DNA of 64,000 nt from Hydrogenophilales bacterium CG_4_10_14_3_um_filter_63_21 (lineage in GTDB: Bacteria; Pseudomonadota; Gammaproteobacteria; Burkholderiales; Thiobacillaceae): assembly GCA_002784045.1 (NCBI GenBank), contig PFJX01000113.1, positions 2,619-66,618 on the forward strand, read 5' to 3'. Shown here piece by piece: positions 45,448 to 53,852 of the stretch. Made by a program: the position numbers and the translations under genes. Each line of letters opens with the position of its first letter. Within the stretch, counting starts at the first letter, position 1. The notes beneath the pieces are model-generated. The model saw only the letters and a list, made by a program, of their open reading frames with translations, was not told the DNA's origin and made no database searches.

Positions 45448-48381
45448 ATGAATCTGCTCGACAACAGCCTGACCCGGCGGGATTTCCTCAAGGTCACCGG
45501 GAGCGTCGCGGTCATGACGCAAATCCAGCCGGCGAGCGCCCAGGAATGGCTGTCGCAAGTTGGCAAAACAGGGTCGAAGGCCGATGTGGTCGGCACCGAC
45601 GCCAAGCTCGTGCGTAGCGTCTGTCTGATGTGCCATAGCGGTTGCGGCATCCAGGGCACGATCGTCAACGGCGAGCTGGTCAAGCTCGACGGCAACCCCT
45701 ATCACCCGAACACCTACGACTATGTGTCCAAGGGTGACCTCGTCGAGGAGAGCGATCTCGACGGCGGCATCGGCGGCAAGGATGTGGGCACGTTGTGCGC
45801 GAAGGGTCAGGCGGGCGTCTATGCCCTCTACAACGCCAACCGCCTCAAGCACCCGCTGAAGCGGGTCGGCCCGCGCGGCTCCGGCAAGTGGAAAACCATC
45901 TCCTGGGAACAGGCGATGACGGAAATCGCCGAGGGCGGGATGCTGTTCAAGGACGTGCCGGGTGAAGAGACCCGGGTGGTCGAGGGGCTCAAGTCCATCC
46001 TCAGCAACGACAAGCCCATCGGGCCCGAAGATTCCGACTTCATGGACGAGGCGCCGCCCGAAGGCTATGGCCCGAAACGCAACCAGTTTGTCTGGGCGCA
46101 CGGACGCAATGAGCAGTCGCCGCTGACCCCGCGTTTCGTCAAGGAAGCGGCCGGCGTGCCGCACATGCTCAACCACTGCGACCGCTGCTCCGGCACCCTC
46201 TACAACGTGATCGAGCATTGCCTGAACGTGCCGCCTTACGAGATCGGCGCCTATGCCGATTACGAATACTGTAGTTACCTGATCAGCGTGGGTTCCAACG
46301 TCACCCACGCCGACTACCCCGGCCAGACCCGTGCACGCTACCTGCAGAAGTTCGCCAAGCGCACGGGGCCTTACGCCAAGGAGTTCAAGCATGTGGTCGT
46401 CGATCCCTGGCTCTCGCCGGCGGCGGCCAAGGCCCTGCAGTCGGGCAAGGGCGAGTGGATCCCCCTCAAACCCGCCAGCGACGCCTTCTTCCTGATCGGC
46501 ATGAACCGCTGGATGATCGACAACAAGGCCTACAAGGCGGACTACCTGGCCCTACCCAACGAGCAGGCGGCGAAGAAGACCGGTCGCCGCAACTGGACCG
46601 ACATGACCTACCTGGTCAGGACTGTGGAGCCGAAGCTCTACCTCACCGGCAAGGATGCCGGGCTGGGCCAGTCCGACTACGTGGTGCTGGTGGGCGGCAA
46701 GCCGACCCTGTTCCACGATGTGGAAGGTGCGGCGGACCTGGATGCCGAGGTCGAAATCAAGGGCGTGGTGTACAAGACGGTGTTCCGCCTGCTGCGCGAG
46801 CGCAGCCACGAGAAGACCCTCGAGGAATGCGAGCAGGAATGCGACATTCCGCCCGGGACGATTGCCCATCTGGCTCGGGAGTTCGCCAATGCCAAGCACC
46901 CGGTCATCGAGTTTGCCCGCGGCCCCATCCAGCAGAGCAACGGTTGGTGGAACGGCCAGGCGCTCATCACCTTGAACATGATGGTCGACAACATCGACCG
47001 CAAGGGCGGCTATATCCCTGGCCACAAGGCTTACGGCGGGGACGTGAAAAATCCCGTCAAGCGCTCGGCGACAGGCGTGACGATCGATCGCCACAAGTCG
47101 AAGTATCAGGGCAAGAAGACGCTCTCCACCCGGCCCTGGTATCCGTTGGCCTCGCGCACGGTGACCAGCGAGTTTTTCTCCTCCCTGCGCCAGGGCTACC
47201 CCTATCGCATCAAGGCCTACCTCAACTACTACAACGACCCGGCCTACACGCAGCCGTTCAACACGCCGGTGATCGAGGCGTTGCTGAACCTGAAGGCCAT
47301 GCCGCTCACCTTCAGCATCGACGCCAACATGGGTGAGACCAGCCAGTTGTGCGATTACGTGTTGCCGGACTCGACTTACCTGGAGCGCATCGGCGGCTTC
47401 AAGACCTATCCACCGGTCAAGACGCGCGTCGCCGGCGTGCGGATGCCGATGGTGGGCACGCTGGACCCGGTAACGAAGAACTATCGCGGCCTCTATCCGG
47501 ATGTGCAGACCGGTGACGACACCCTGATCCAGCTCGCACTGCGCTGCGGTCTGCCCGGTTTCGGCAAGGACGCCGGTGGGCCGGGGGTGGATCTCTTCAA
47601 CTCCTGGCAGTTCTGGAACGAGTATTTCAAGAACGGCGACTACAAGGGCGAGCCGGGGCTGGATCCGGACAGCCGCCTGATCAAGTTGGGCGGCAAGTTC
47701 GAGAATCCGGGCAAGCAATATGATGCCGAAGGCGTATACACGCGTTTCCCGGGCAGCCGGCAGGTACGCGGCCTGATGGCCTACGCGTCGAACGTGGCGG
47801 CCAACAAGAACAGCATGACCGGCAAGTATTTCGACGGTCTGCCGACCTACCGCGCCATCATCGACTGCAAGGAACAGCCGCTCGATCCCGCCCTGTGGCA
47901 GGAATATCCGTTCCAATTGCATACCCACAAGGACGCCTGGCACACCCAGTCGCGCACCATGGACAACCTCTGGCTGGCCTCGATCAAGCCGCAGAATTTC
48001 GCGGAAATGAATCCGGCCGATGCACAGAGGCTGGACGTCATCACCGGCGACTGGGTCAAGGTGAAGTCGCCGTCTTCCAAGCACATCCCCTTCGTGGAAC
48101 TTTCGTTGGGCGATGGCTGGTTCAAGATGCAGGTGCGCGTCACCAGCCGCATCCGCCCGGGGGTTTTCTCGGTGAACCAGGGCTATGGGCGCTGGGGGGC
48201 CGGAGGCAGGAAGTGGGATGCGGACGGCAAGTCGCAGTTCTACGACAAGCGCATCGCTGCGGGTTTCAGCATCAATCCGCTGTACATGGCCGATCCCGTT
48301 TTGGGCGACCGCGTCATGTGCGATCCGGTGGCGGGTGGCACCCAGAGCAACGGGACCCCGTTGCGCGTGGAAAAAGTCTGA
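45448..48381 (+). CDS. Tat-exported molybdopterin (Mo-bisPGD) oxidoreductase catalytic subunit, TtrA-like
   Basis: 977 aa. Twin-arginine signal LTRRDFLKV...PASA and an N-terminal FeS motif CLMCHSGCG. DGNPYHPN, IGMNRWMIDNKAYKADYLALPN, QGYPYRIKAYL and DYVLPDSTYLE resemble Salmonella TtrA as I remember it. Confidence 0.75.
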   Translation: MNLLDNSLTRRDFLKVTGSVAVMTQIQPASAQEWLSQVGKTGSKADVVGTDAKLVRSVCLMCHSGCGIQGTIVNGELVKLDGNPYHPNTYDYVSKGDLVEESDLDGGIGGKDVGTLCAKGQAGVYALYNANRLKHPLKRVGPRGSGKWKTISWEQAMTEIAEGGMLFKDVPGEETRVVEGLKSILSNDKPIGPEDSDFMDEAPPEGYGPKRNQFVWAHGRNEQSPLTPRFVKEAAGVPHMLNHCDRCSGTLYNVIEHCLNVPPYEIGAYADYEYCSYLISVGSNVTHADYPGQTRARYLQKFAKRTGPYAKEFKHVVVDPWLSPAAAKALQSGKGEWIPLKPASDAFFLIGMNRWMIDNKAYKADYLALPNEQAAKKTGRRNWTDMTYLVRTVEPKLYLTGKDAGLGQSDYVVLVGGKPTLFHDVEGAADLDAEVEIKGVVYKTVFRLLRERSHEKTLEECEQECDIPPGTIAHLAREFANAKHPVIEFARGPIQQSNGWWNGQALITLNMMVDNIDRKGGYIPGHKAYGGDVKNPVKRSATGVTIDRHKSKYQGKKTLSTRPWYPLASRTVTSEFFSSLRQGYPYRIKAYLNYYNDPAYTQPFNTPVIEALLNLKAMPLTFSIDANMGETSQLCDYVLPDSTYLERIGGFKTYPPVKTRVAGVRMPMVGTLDPVTKNYRGLYPDVQTGDDTLIQLALRCGLPGFGKDAGGPGVDLFNSWQFWNEYFKNGDYKGEPGLDPDSRLIKLGGKFENPGKQYDAEGVYTRFPGSRQVRGLMAYASNVAANKNSMTGKYFDGLPTYRAIIDCKEQPLDPALWQEYPFQLHTHKDAWHTQSRTMDNLWLASIKPQNFAEMNPADAQRLDVITGDWVKVKSPSSKHIPFVELSLGDGWFKMQVRVTSRIRPGVFSVNQGYGRWGAGGRKWDADGKSQFYDKRIAAGFSINPLYMADPVLGDRVMCDPVAGGTQSNGTPLRVEKV

Positions 48382-48391
48382 GGAGACCGTC

Positions 48392-49009
48392 ATGACTGAA
48401 TACAGCCCCATACTCCCCCGCGAAGCCGTCGAGCGGTCGTTCGCCAAACAGGGTCCGAAGCAGTACACGCTCTGGGTGGACATCGAGCACTGCATCGGCT
48501 GCAACGCCTGCACCATTGCCTGCAAAGCGGAAAACAACACGCCTATCGGTGTGGATTACAACCGCGTCATCGAGATCGAGGAAGGCGACTTCCGCGATGC
48601 GAAGAAGAAACCCGACATCGGTGTGACCTTCGTGCCCATGCCCTGCATGCACTGCGGCCGGCCGGCCTGCCAGGCGGCCTGCCCGGTGGGGGCGATCACC
48701 AAGCGAGAAGACGGCATCGTCCTCATCAACAAGGACAAATGCATCGGTTGCCGCTACTGCGCCTGGGCCTGCCCATACGGCGCGCCCCAGTTCAACGCCG
48801 AGGCCAAGGTGATGGAGAAATGCACGCTTTGTGTCCATCGCGTCGAGAAGGGCCTGCAACCCGCCTGCGTGACGACCTGTCCGGCCAAGGTGAGGTTCTT
48901 CGGCGAGCTGAACGAGCTCACCCCGCTCATCCGCGAGCGTCGCGCGCGTAGCGTGAACATCGCCGTCGTCGGGACCGACACCAAGCCCAGCGTGCAATAC
49001 ACCAAGTAA
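48392..49009 (+). CDS. Four-cluster 4Fe-4S electron-transfer subunit (TtrB/PsrB/DmsB type)
   Basis: ORF 48185..49009 trimmed to ATG 48392 (GAGGAG upstream). Motifs CIGCNACTIACK, CMHCGRPACQAACP, CIGCRYCAWACP and CTLC...CVTTCP. Confidence 0.85.
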   Translation: MTEYSPILPREAVERSFAKQGPKQYTLWVDIEHCIGCNACTIACKAENNTPIGVDYNRVIEIEEGDFRDAKKKPDIGVTFVPMPCMHCGRPACQAACPVGAITKREDGIVLINKDKCIGCRYCAWACPYGAPQFNAEAKVMEKCTLCVHRVEKGLQPACVTTCPAKVRFFGELNELTPLIRERRARSVNIAVVGTDTKPSVQYTK

Positions 49010-49024
49010 GCACCAAGTAAGCAC
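48999..49024. repeat. 2.4 x 11-bp tandem repeat (caccaagtaag) spanning the FeS-subunit stop codon
   Basis: Copies at 48999-49009 and 49010-49020 plus a partial copy at 49021-49024. The TAA stop (49007-49009) lies in copy 1. Confidence 0.9.
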
Positions 49025-49182
49025 CCCTTCGGGGGATGCGAGGCGGCGGGAGATATCAACTCCCGCCGGTTCGTGTCTTCCCTGGGACGAGCCATGAGTA
49101 CGTTGCTGTTTCATGCAACGGGGCGGCGCGATAGGCGCCATGTCGAGTTACATGTTGTTTCAACGCCAGGACCGCCGAGGAT

Positions 49183-50370
49183 ATGAACAGCTTGATGGAA
49201 TTTCGCGATGAGGCGCCGGTGCGGGTGGAAAGCACGCTGTGCGCCCGTTTCCGCAGTACCAAGTCGAAGTGCGCGGCATGCGCCCTGGTGTGCCCCGTGC
49301 CCGGCGCCATCCACCTGGATGAGGATGGCGCGGAAGTCAAGGCAGCCTGCGTGGGCTGCGGCGCCTGTGCCTCGGCCTGCCCGAACGGCGCGATCCGACC
49401 GCGCCAGGAAGATGACATCCGGCTGGATGACGGGCGATTCACCGCGCGCATCCGTGAACGGGTTCGCGCCGGGGCGACGTTCCGTTTCGCCTGCGACATG
49501 GCGCAAGGCCAGGCGGATATGGTCTTGCCCTGTCTCTCCCGCCTGACCGAGGCACTGGTCCTGGAACCGCTCCGGGGAGGCGCTGAGCGGGTCGAGCTGA
49601 TGGCCCCGGACTGCGCGGCCTGCGGGCTCAGAAAGGCGGCCCCCCAGTGGCAGAAGGTCATGGATTTTTCCCGCGCGCTGTGCGAGACGGCGGGGCTGGA
49701 GGCGACTCGCGTGGAAAGCGTGCGGGTGCCCAGCGGGAAGGCGGTGGAAACGCGTCCTCCGGAAAAAGCCGGTGGCTCGCGCCGGGCGATGTTCCGCTCC
49801 ATGGCCGAGCGTTGGGAGGCGAGCGGAACGGCCCCGGACGCGACGGCCGAAGCTGCCGAGCCCACGCCTCCGGAAGCCTTCCGGGACATCGTGCAGCGGC
49901 ATTCGGACAACCCCAAGCGGGTCGCTCTGCTGGACGTGCTGGACGCGCTGCCCGGCGTGAAGCCCGTGCCGAGTGTGGCCACCTCGGTCGTCCTCGCCGA
50001 CGGAATACCGCTGGCGCAACTGGAGGTGGATCACCGCTGCGTGGGTTGCAGCGTGTGCGAAACGCTTTGTCCGGTTGGCGCCCTCAAACACCGGGACGAG
50101 GGCGAGACCTATGTGCTGGAGCTGGATGCCGCGCGCTGCACCGGTTGCCGCGTGTGCGAGGTGGTCTGCTATCACCAGGCCATCCATCTGCGCGATACGG
50201 TGGACCTCGCGCTGCTGTTCGAGCGTCCCCGCGTCACCCTGGTGTCCGCCACCAAGCGAACCTGTAGCGCCTGCCGCGAGCCATTCCTGGGCGCTGCCTC
50301 CGAATTCTGTCCTGCCTGCCGCTTGAGCGGCGATCGTCGTGAAACGATCGCCCGGCGCTTTTTCCTCTGA
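49183..50370 (+). CDS. Cytoplasmic polyferredoxin-like protein with C-terminal Cys4 motif
   Basis: 395 aa with no signal peptide. Motifs CAACALVCP, CVGCGACASACP, CVGCSVCETLCP and CTGCRVCEVVC, and a C-terminal CSAC...CPAC. The central region is low-complexity and Ala/Glu/Pro-rich. Confidence 0.7.
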   Translation: MNSLMEFRDEAPVRVESTLCARFRSTKSKCAACALVCPVPGAIHLDEDGAEVKAACVGCGACASACPNGAIRPRQEDDIRLDDGRFTARIRERVRAGATFRFACDMAQGQADMVLPCLSRLTEALVLEPLRGGAERVELMAPDCAACGLRKAAPQWQKVMDFSRALCETAGLEATRVESVRVPSGKAVETRPPEKAGGSRRAMFRSMAERWEASGTAPDATAEAAEPTPPEAFRDIVQRHSDNPKRVALLDVLDALPGVKPVPSVATSVVLADGIPLAQLEVDHRCVGCSVCETLCPVGALKHRDEGETYVLELDAARCTGCRVCEVVCYHQAIHLRDTVDLALLFERPRVTLVSATKRTCSACREPFLGAASEFCPACRLSGDRRETIARRFFL

Positions 50371-50380
50371 GGGAACCCGA

Positions 50381-51073
50381 ATGATGCCTGCCGAAGAAAT
50401 GCAAAACATCGCCGCCGGGCGCGCGCATACCTATTCCATCCTGGCCATGCTCTATGCCGCCCCGCCGACGGCGGAGTTGGCGGCCATGGTGCGCGCGGGC
50501 GGTCTCGCGCCGGAAGGGGGAAGCGCCCTGAGCGCGGCCGCCGACGCCCTGACGGAAGCCTTCCGCAACGACGCGGCGCAAGGGCTGCCCGACAGCGACC
50601 TGGTCGCCGAGCATACCCGGCTCTTCGTCCTGCCTTCCGGCGTGGTGCCCCATGAGTCTTATTACCTGGACGACAGCCATCGCCTGGGCGGGCACGCCAC
50701 CGTCGCTGTGCAGCGTTACTACGAGGCGGCGGGCACGCAAACGACCAGCACCTGCCTGGAGCTTGCGGATCACATGGGCGTGGAACTGGAGTTCATGAAG
50801 TTTCTTTGCGATATCGAGCGGCAGTTCTGGCAGGAGCCGAACCCGGAGGGTTTACAGCGCTGCCTGGACTTCCAGGCCGGTTTTCTCGACGGCCACCTGT
50901 TGCGCTGGCACAAAACCCTGTGCGAGCGGGTGCAGGGCGACACCAGCCTGGACATCTACCGCGCGCTGGCCCGCCTCACCCTGGAGTTCCTGGAAGCCGA
51001 GCGTACTTTTGTGCCTGATTTGACCGAGTCAATCCGTTCCGAATGGAGGACAGCATGCGTATCCGAATCGTGA
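50381..51073 (+). CDS. TorD/DmsD/NarJ-family redox enzyme maturation chaperone
   Basis: ORF 50339..51073; ATG 50381. EHTRLFV...HESYY...DHMGVELEFMKFL is typical of the TorD family. Confidence 0.75.
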   Translation: MMPAEEMQNIAAGRAHTYSILAMLYAAPPTAELAAMVRAGGLAPEGGSALSAAADALTEAFRNDAAQGLPDSDLVAEHTRLFVLPSGVVPHESYYLDDSHRLGGHATVAVQRYYEAAGTQTTSTCLELADHMGVELEFMKFLCDIERQFWQEPNPEGLQRCLDFQAGFLDGHLLRWHKTLCERVQGDTSLDIYRALARLTLEFLEAERTFVPDLTESIRSEWRTACVSES

Positions 51074-51618
51074 CCCTTTTGTCTTTGATGCTCGCCTCGA
51101 CGGCCGCTCTGGCCTTCGAAGCCCAGACCCCCGTGCCCTGGCCACCCAAGGCGGTTCCCAACCCGGAGAAGGGCGAGGTTCCCGATGCCAGAGCCGAGAA
51201 CAAGGTCTGCATGGGCTGCCACAAGAAAATCCTGTATGTGAAGACCGTGCGCGACAAGAAAAGGCCGAACCTGCACCGCCTGCACCTGACTTCCAAGAAA
51301 ACCGCCTTTGGCGGGGCGAACCTTTACTGCGCCACCTGCCACGAGACGGTTACTCCCGCGGAAGGCAAGGCGGCCAGGAAAGAAGGCTGGTTCATCCCCG
51401 CCAAGAGCGAAGTCCCGCATCCGGATGGGATGTTGGCCCCCGCCGGGGTCTGGAAAAAGACCGTCGTGCGCGCCGGGGAAGGCACCCGCTACGACCGTGT
51501 CGACACCCTGCTGCAATCCGATCCGCATCCCTTCAAGCCGACCCTCGGACGGCTGGTGTGCGCGGACTGCCATGGCCCGGAGAGCGGCATCAAGACGTTT
51601 TACGGCGCGCCCCAGTGA
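51043..51618 (+). CDS. Periplasmic trihaem c-type cytochrome
   Basis: 191 aa (or a start at ATG 51055, MRIRIVTLLSLMLASTAALA signal peptide). Three CxxCH motifs: CMGCH, CATCH and CADCH. Confidence 0.8.
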   Translation: MEDSMRIRIVTLLSLMLASTAALAFEAQTPVPWPPKAVPNPEKGEVPDARAENKVCMGCHKKILYVKTVRDKKRPNLHRLHLTSKKTAFGGANLYCATCHETVTPAEGKAARKEGWFIPAKSEVPHPDGMLAPAGVWKKTVVRAGEGTRYDRVDTLLQSDPHPFKPTLGRLVCADCHGPESGIKTFYGAPQ

Positions 51619-51654
51619 GGCACGACTGGCTGCGGCAAGCATAGGAACGAGTTC

Positions 51655-53466
51655 ATGAAGAACCACCCCCCTCATCCCCGCAAGGCGCTCGGACTGGTCT
51701 TGGCCGGCATCCTGCTCGGCGGCCTCTCCGGCCCGTGGGCACAAGCCGCTGCGGCGGCCCCGCCCTCGTATGAGGCGGAGATACTGCGCAGATTGCAGGA
51801 ACTGGAAAGCCAGGTTGCCCAGTACCGAACCGAGACCGCGCGCTTGCAGGCGGAACTCGCCAGGCGGGAAAGCGGCCAGGCGGCCCTGCCGCTTACCGCC
51901 GCCGTGCCGTCGCCCCAGGGCAAACCCGCCGCCGCCGATGAATGGGGTGAGCCCGAGGTCGTCAAGAAGGCGGAAGGGCGCGACGAGGAAGCCCGTCGCC
52001 GGCTGACTGCGCTGGAGACCCAGTACCGCAAGACCGCCGCCGAGGCTGCCAAGCAGGATGAGGCGCAAAGAGACAAGGTCAAGTACGACTTTTCCGCCAA
52101 ATTCAAGACCCGGGTCAATGTTCGCGACAACTTCAACCTGGACAACCCGGCTCAGGCCTGGAAATACGATAACGCGACCTTCGTCGATTACCGCTTCCAA
52201 CTGGGCATCGAGGCTTCCTACGATCAGTTTCTCGCCAAGTTTTTGCTCGACAAGGGCAACTTCGTGTTCGACTGGAAGGAAGACGGCGAAGGCACGCTGG
52301 AGCGCTGGGGGCAGTTCCAGACCGTCAACTCCGCCATGGTGCGTGAACTCTATGCGCAGTACACGGGGTCGTTCATGGTGCGTCTCGGTCGCCAGAACTG
52401 GGAGGGCGATATCGTCCTGCAAGGCCCGATGGATTCGATCCGCCTCCAGTACCCCTTCGGACAACTGCCCTGGGGGCAGACCACGCTGACGGCCGGTTAC
52501 CTCGCGGTTTCCGGCGGCTGGCCCAACTACACGGGTTTCAAAGCTTCCGGCGGTCCGCCCGCCGGCGACCGCGGTGCCTTGCTGGGCGCCTACAACGACC
52601 TCGACGCTTATTATCTCGACCTGGACATCCGCGCTTCGAAGGCGCTGCGCATCAAGCCCTATCTCATCAAGGTGATCGACAACGGCAATGCCGGCAGCGC
52701 CGACCTGAACCTGGACAAGGACTTCGACGACACCACCATGCGCCGCGACGGCGGTTTCGAACCGCTCTGGACCGGGCTTACCGCGAGCGCCGAGTTCAAG
52801 GGGCTGAAACTGGATGCCGAGGCGGTCTGGCTGACCGGGGATGTCGCCAGGGGCCGCAAGGTCGACGCCCATGCCTTCCTGGTCCAGGCCAACCGCGATT
52901 TCGGCCCGGTGGCGTCCCTGAAGAGCCTCTCCGCCGGGTTGCAATTCGGCCTGGGCTCCGGCAACGGCACGCGCGATAACTCCGGTCTCGGCACGGGGAC
53001 GCTGAGCAACTTCAACGGCCTGTCGCTCTGCCGCGACCGGAACAAGTTCGGCAATATCTTCAGCGAGGACATCCGCGCCGGCTATTTCCTGTGGGACAGC
53101 AACCTGTCCAACATCACCTATGTGCGTCTGGATGCCACCCTGGAACCGGTCAAGAGCCTGCGTCTGACGCCCTCGATCAGCCGCATCTGGACCACCGAAC
53201 CGGTGTTCGCCGGCGCCGGTCCGGTGTTCGACTGGAGCAGGGGTTTCAACTTCGCGATCACCAACCCGACCACGGCCAGCACGACGCGCACGACCAACGA
53301 TGTGGGCTGGGAGATCGACCTGGACGTGACTTATCCGCTGTTCAAGAACCTGGACAGCTTCCTTTCATTGGGTTATTTCCGGCCCGGCGCGGTCTATGCC
53401 CGGCCCGACGGCAGCAACCCCAAGGCCGCCTACGAAATCGTCCTCGGCGGCGAGTTCAAGTTCTGA
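51655..53466 (+). CDS. Outer-membrane beta-barrel protein with N-terminal coiled coil
   Basis: 603 aa. Signal peptide, about 100 aa of heptad-like Glu/Arg/Ala/Gln-rich helix (EAEILRRLQELESQVAQYRTETARLQAELARRE), then an alternating beta-strand pattern ending ...VLGGEFKF. Confidence 0.7.
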   Translation: MKNHPPHPRKALGLVLAGILLGGLSGPWAQAAAAAPPSYEAEILRRLQELESQVAQYRTETARLQAELARRESGQAALPLTAAVPSPQGKPAAADEWGEPEVVKKAEGRDEEARRRLTALETQYRKTAAEAAKQDEAQRDKVKYDFSAKFKTRVNVRDNFNLDNPAQAWKYDNATFVDYRFQLGIEASYDQFLAKFLLDKGNFVFDWKEDGEGTLERWGQFQTVNSAMVRELYAQYTGSFMVRLGRQNWEGDIVLQGPMDSIRLQYPFGQLPWGQTTLTAGYLAVSGGWPNYTGFKASGGPPAGDRGALLGAYNDLDAYYLDLDIRASKALRIKPYLIKVIDNGNAGSADLNLDKDFDDTTMRRDGGFEPLWTGLTASAEFKGLKLDAEAVWLTGDVARGRKVDAHAFLVQANRDFGPVASLKSLSAGLQFGLGSGNGTRDNSGLGTGTLSNFNGLSLCRDRNKFGNIFSEDIRAGYFLWDSNLSNITYVRLDATLEPVKSLRLTPSISRIWTTEPVFAGAGPVFDWSRGFNFAITNPTTASTTRTTNDVGWEIDLDVTYPLFKNLDSFLSLGYFRPGAVYARPDGSNPKAAYEIVLGGEFKF

Positions 53467-53468
53467 CC

Positions 53469-53825
53469 ATGAACAAGATCGCCCGCACCCTCATCCTGAT
53501 CGCCGGCATGGCGGCGGCCTTCGCCACCCCGCCGGCAGCGTGGTCCGAGGACATGCCTTACCTGAACGTCTTCACCGAGCGCCTGTGCACCCTGCGGCCG
53601 CCGCCGGTATTTGCCTTCCGGGCGGAGGCCACCGGCCTGACACCGCCCCTGAAATTCCACTGGGATCTCGGCAACGAACAAGTATGGGAAGGCCAGCATG
53701 TGCCGGAGCAGGCCTACGATTTCGGCCGCTACAACGTGATTCTGAGCGTGACGGATGCCACCGGGCGGACCCGGCGGGCGAGCCTGACGATCGACGCGAG
53801 TGCGCCCGGCTGCGGTGGAATTTGA
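53469..53825 (+). CDS. Secreted PKD-domain protein
   Basis: ORF 53091..53825 trimmed to ATG 53469 (MNKIARTLILIAGMAAAFA). PKD signature WDLGNEQ...YDFGRYNVILSVTDATGRT. Ends ...SAPGCGGI. Confidence 0.65.
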   Translation: MNKIARTLILIAGMAAAFATPPAAWSEDMPYLNVFTERLCTLRPPPVFAFRAEATGLTPPLKFHWDLGNEQVWEGQHVPEQAYDFGRYNVILSVTDATGRTRRASLTIDASAPGCGGI

Positions 53826-53852
53826 AATTCATTACTTTGGAACGAAACCCTC

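Noticed and set aside
46552-48540. 662-aa minus-strand ORF; a similar 662-aa minus-strand ORF lies at 50956..52944
   Set aside because: Both are antisense shadow ORFs opposite well-supported plus-strand genes (TtrA-like; chaperone, cytochrome and OM barrel). Both have low-complexity Arg/Gly/Ala composition.
53091-53468. N-terminal 126 codons of ORF 53091..53825
   Set aside because: They overlap the 3' end of the OM barrel gene out of frame. The PKD protein starts at ATG 53469 with a signal peptide.
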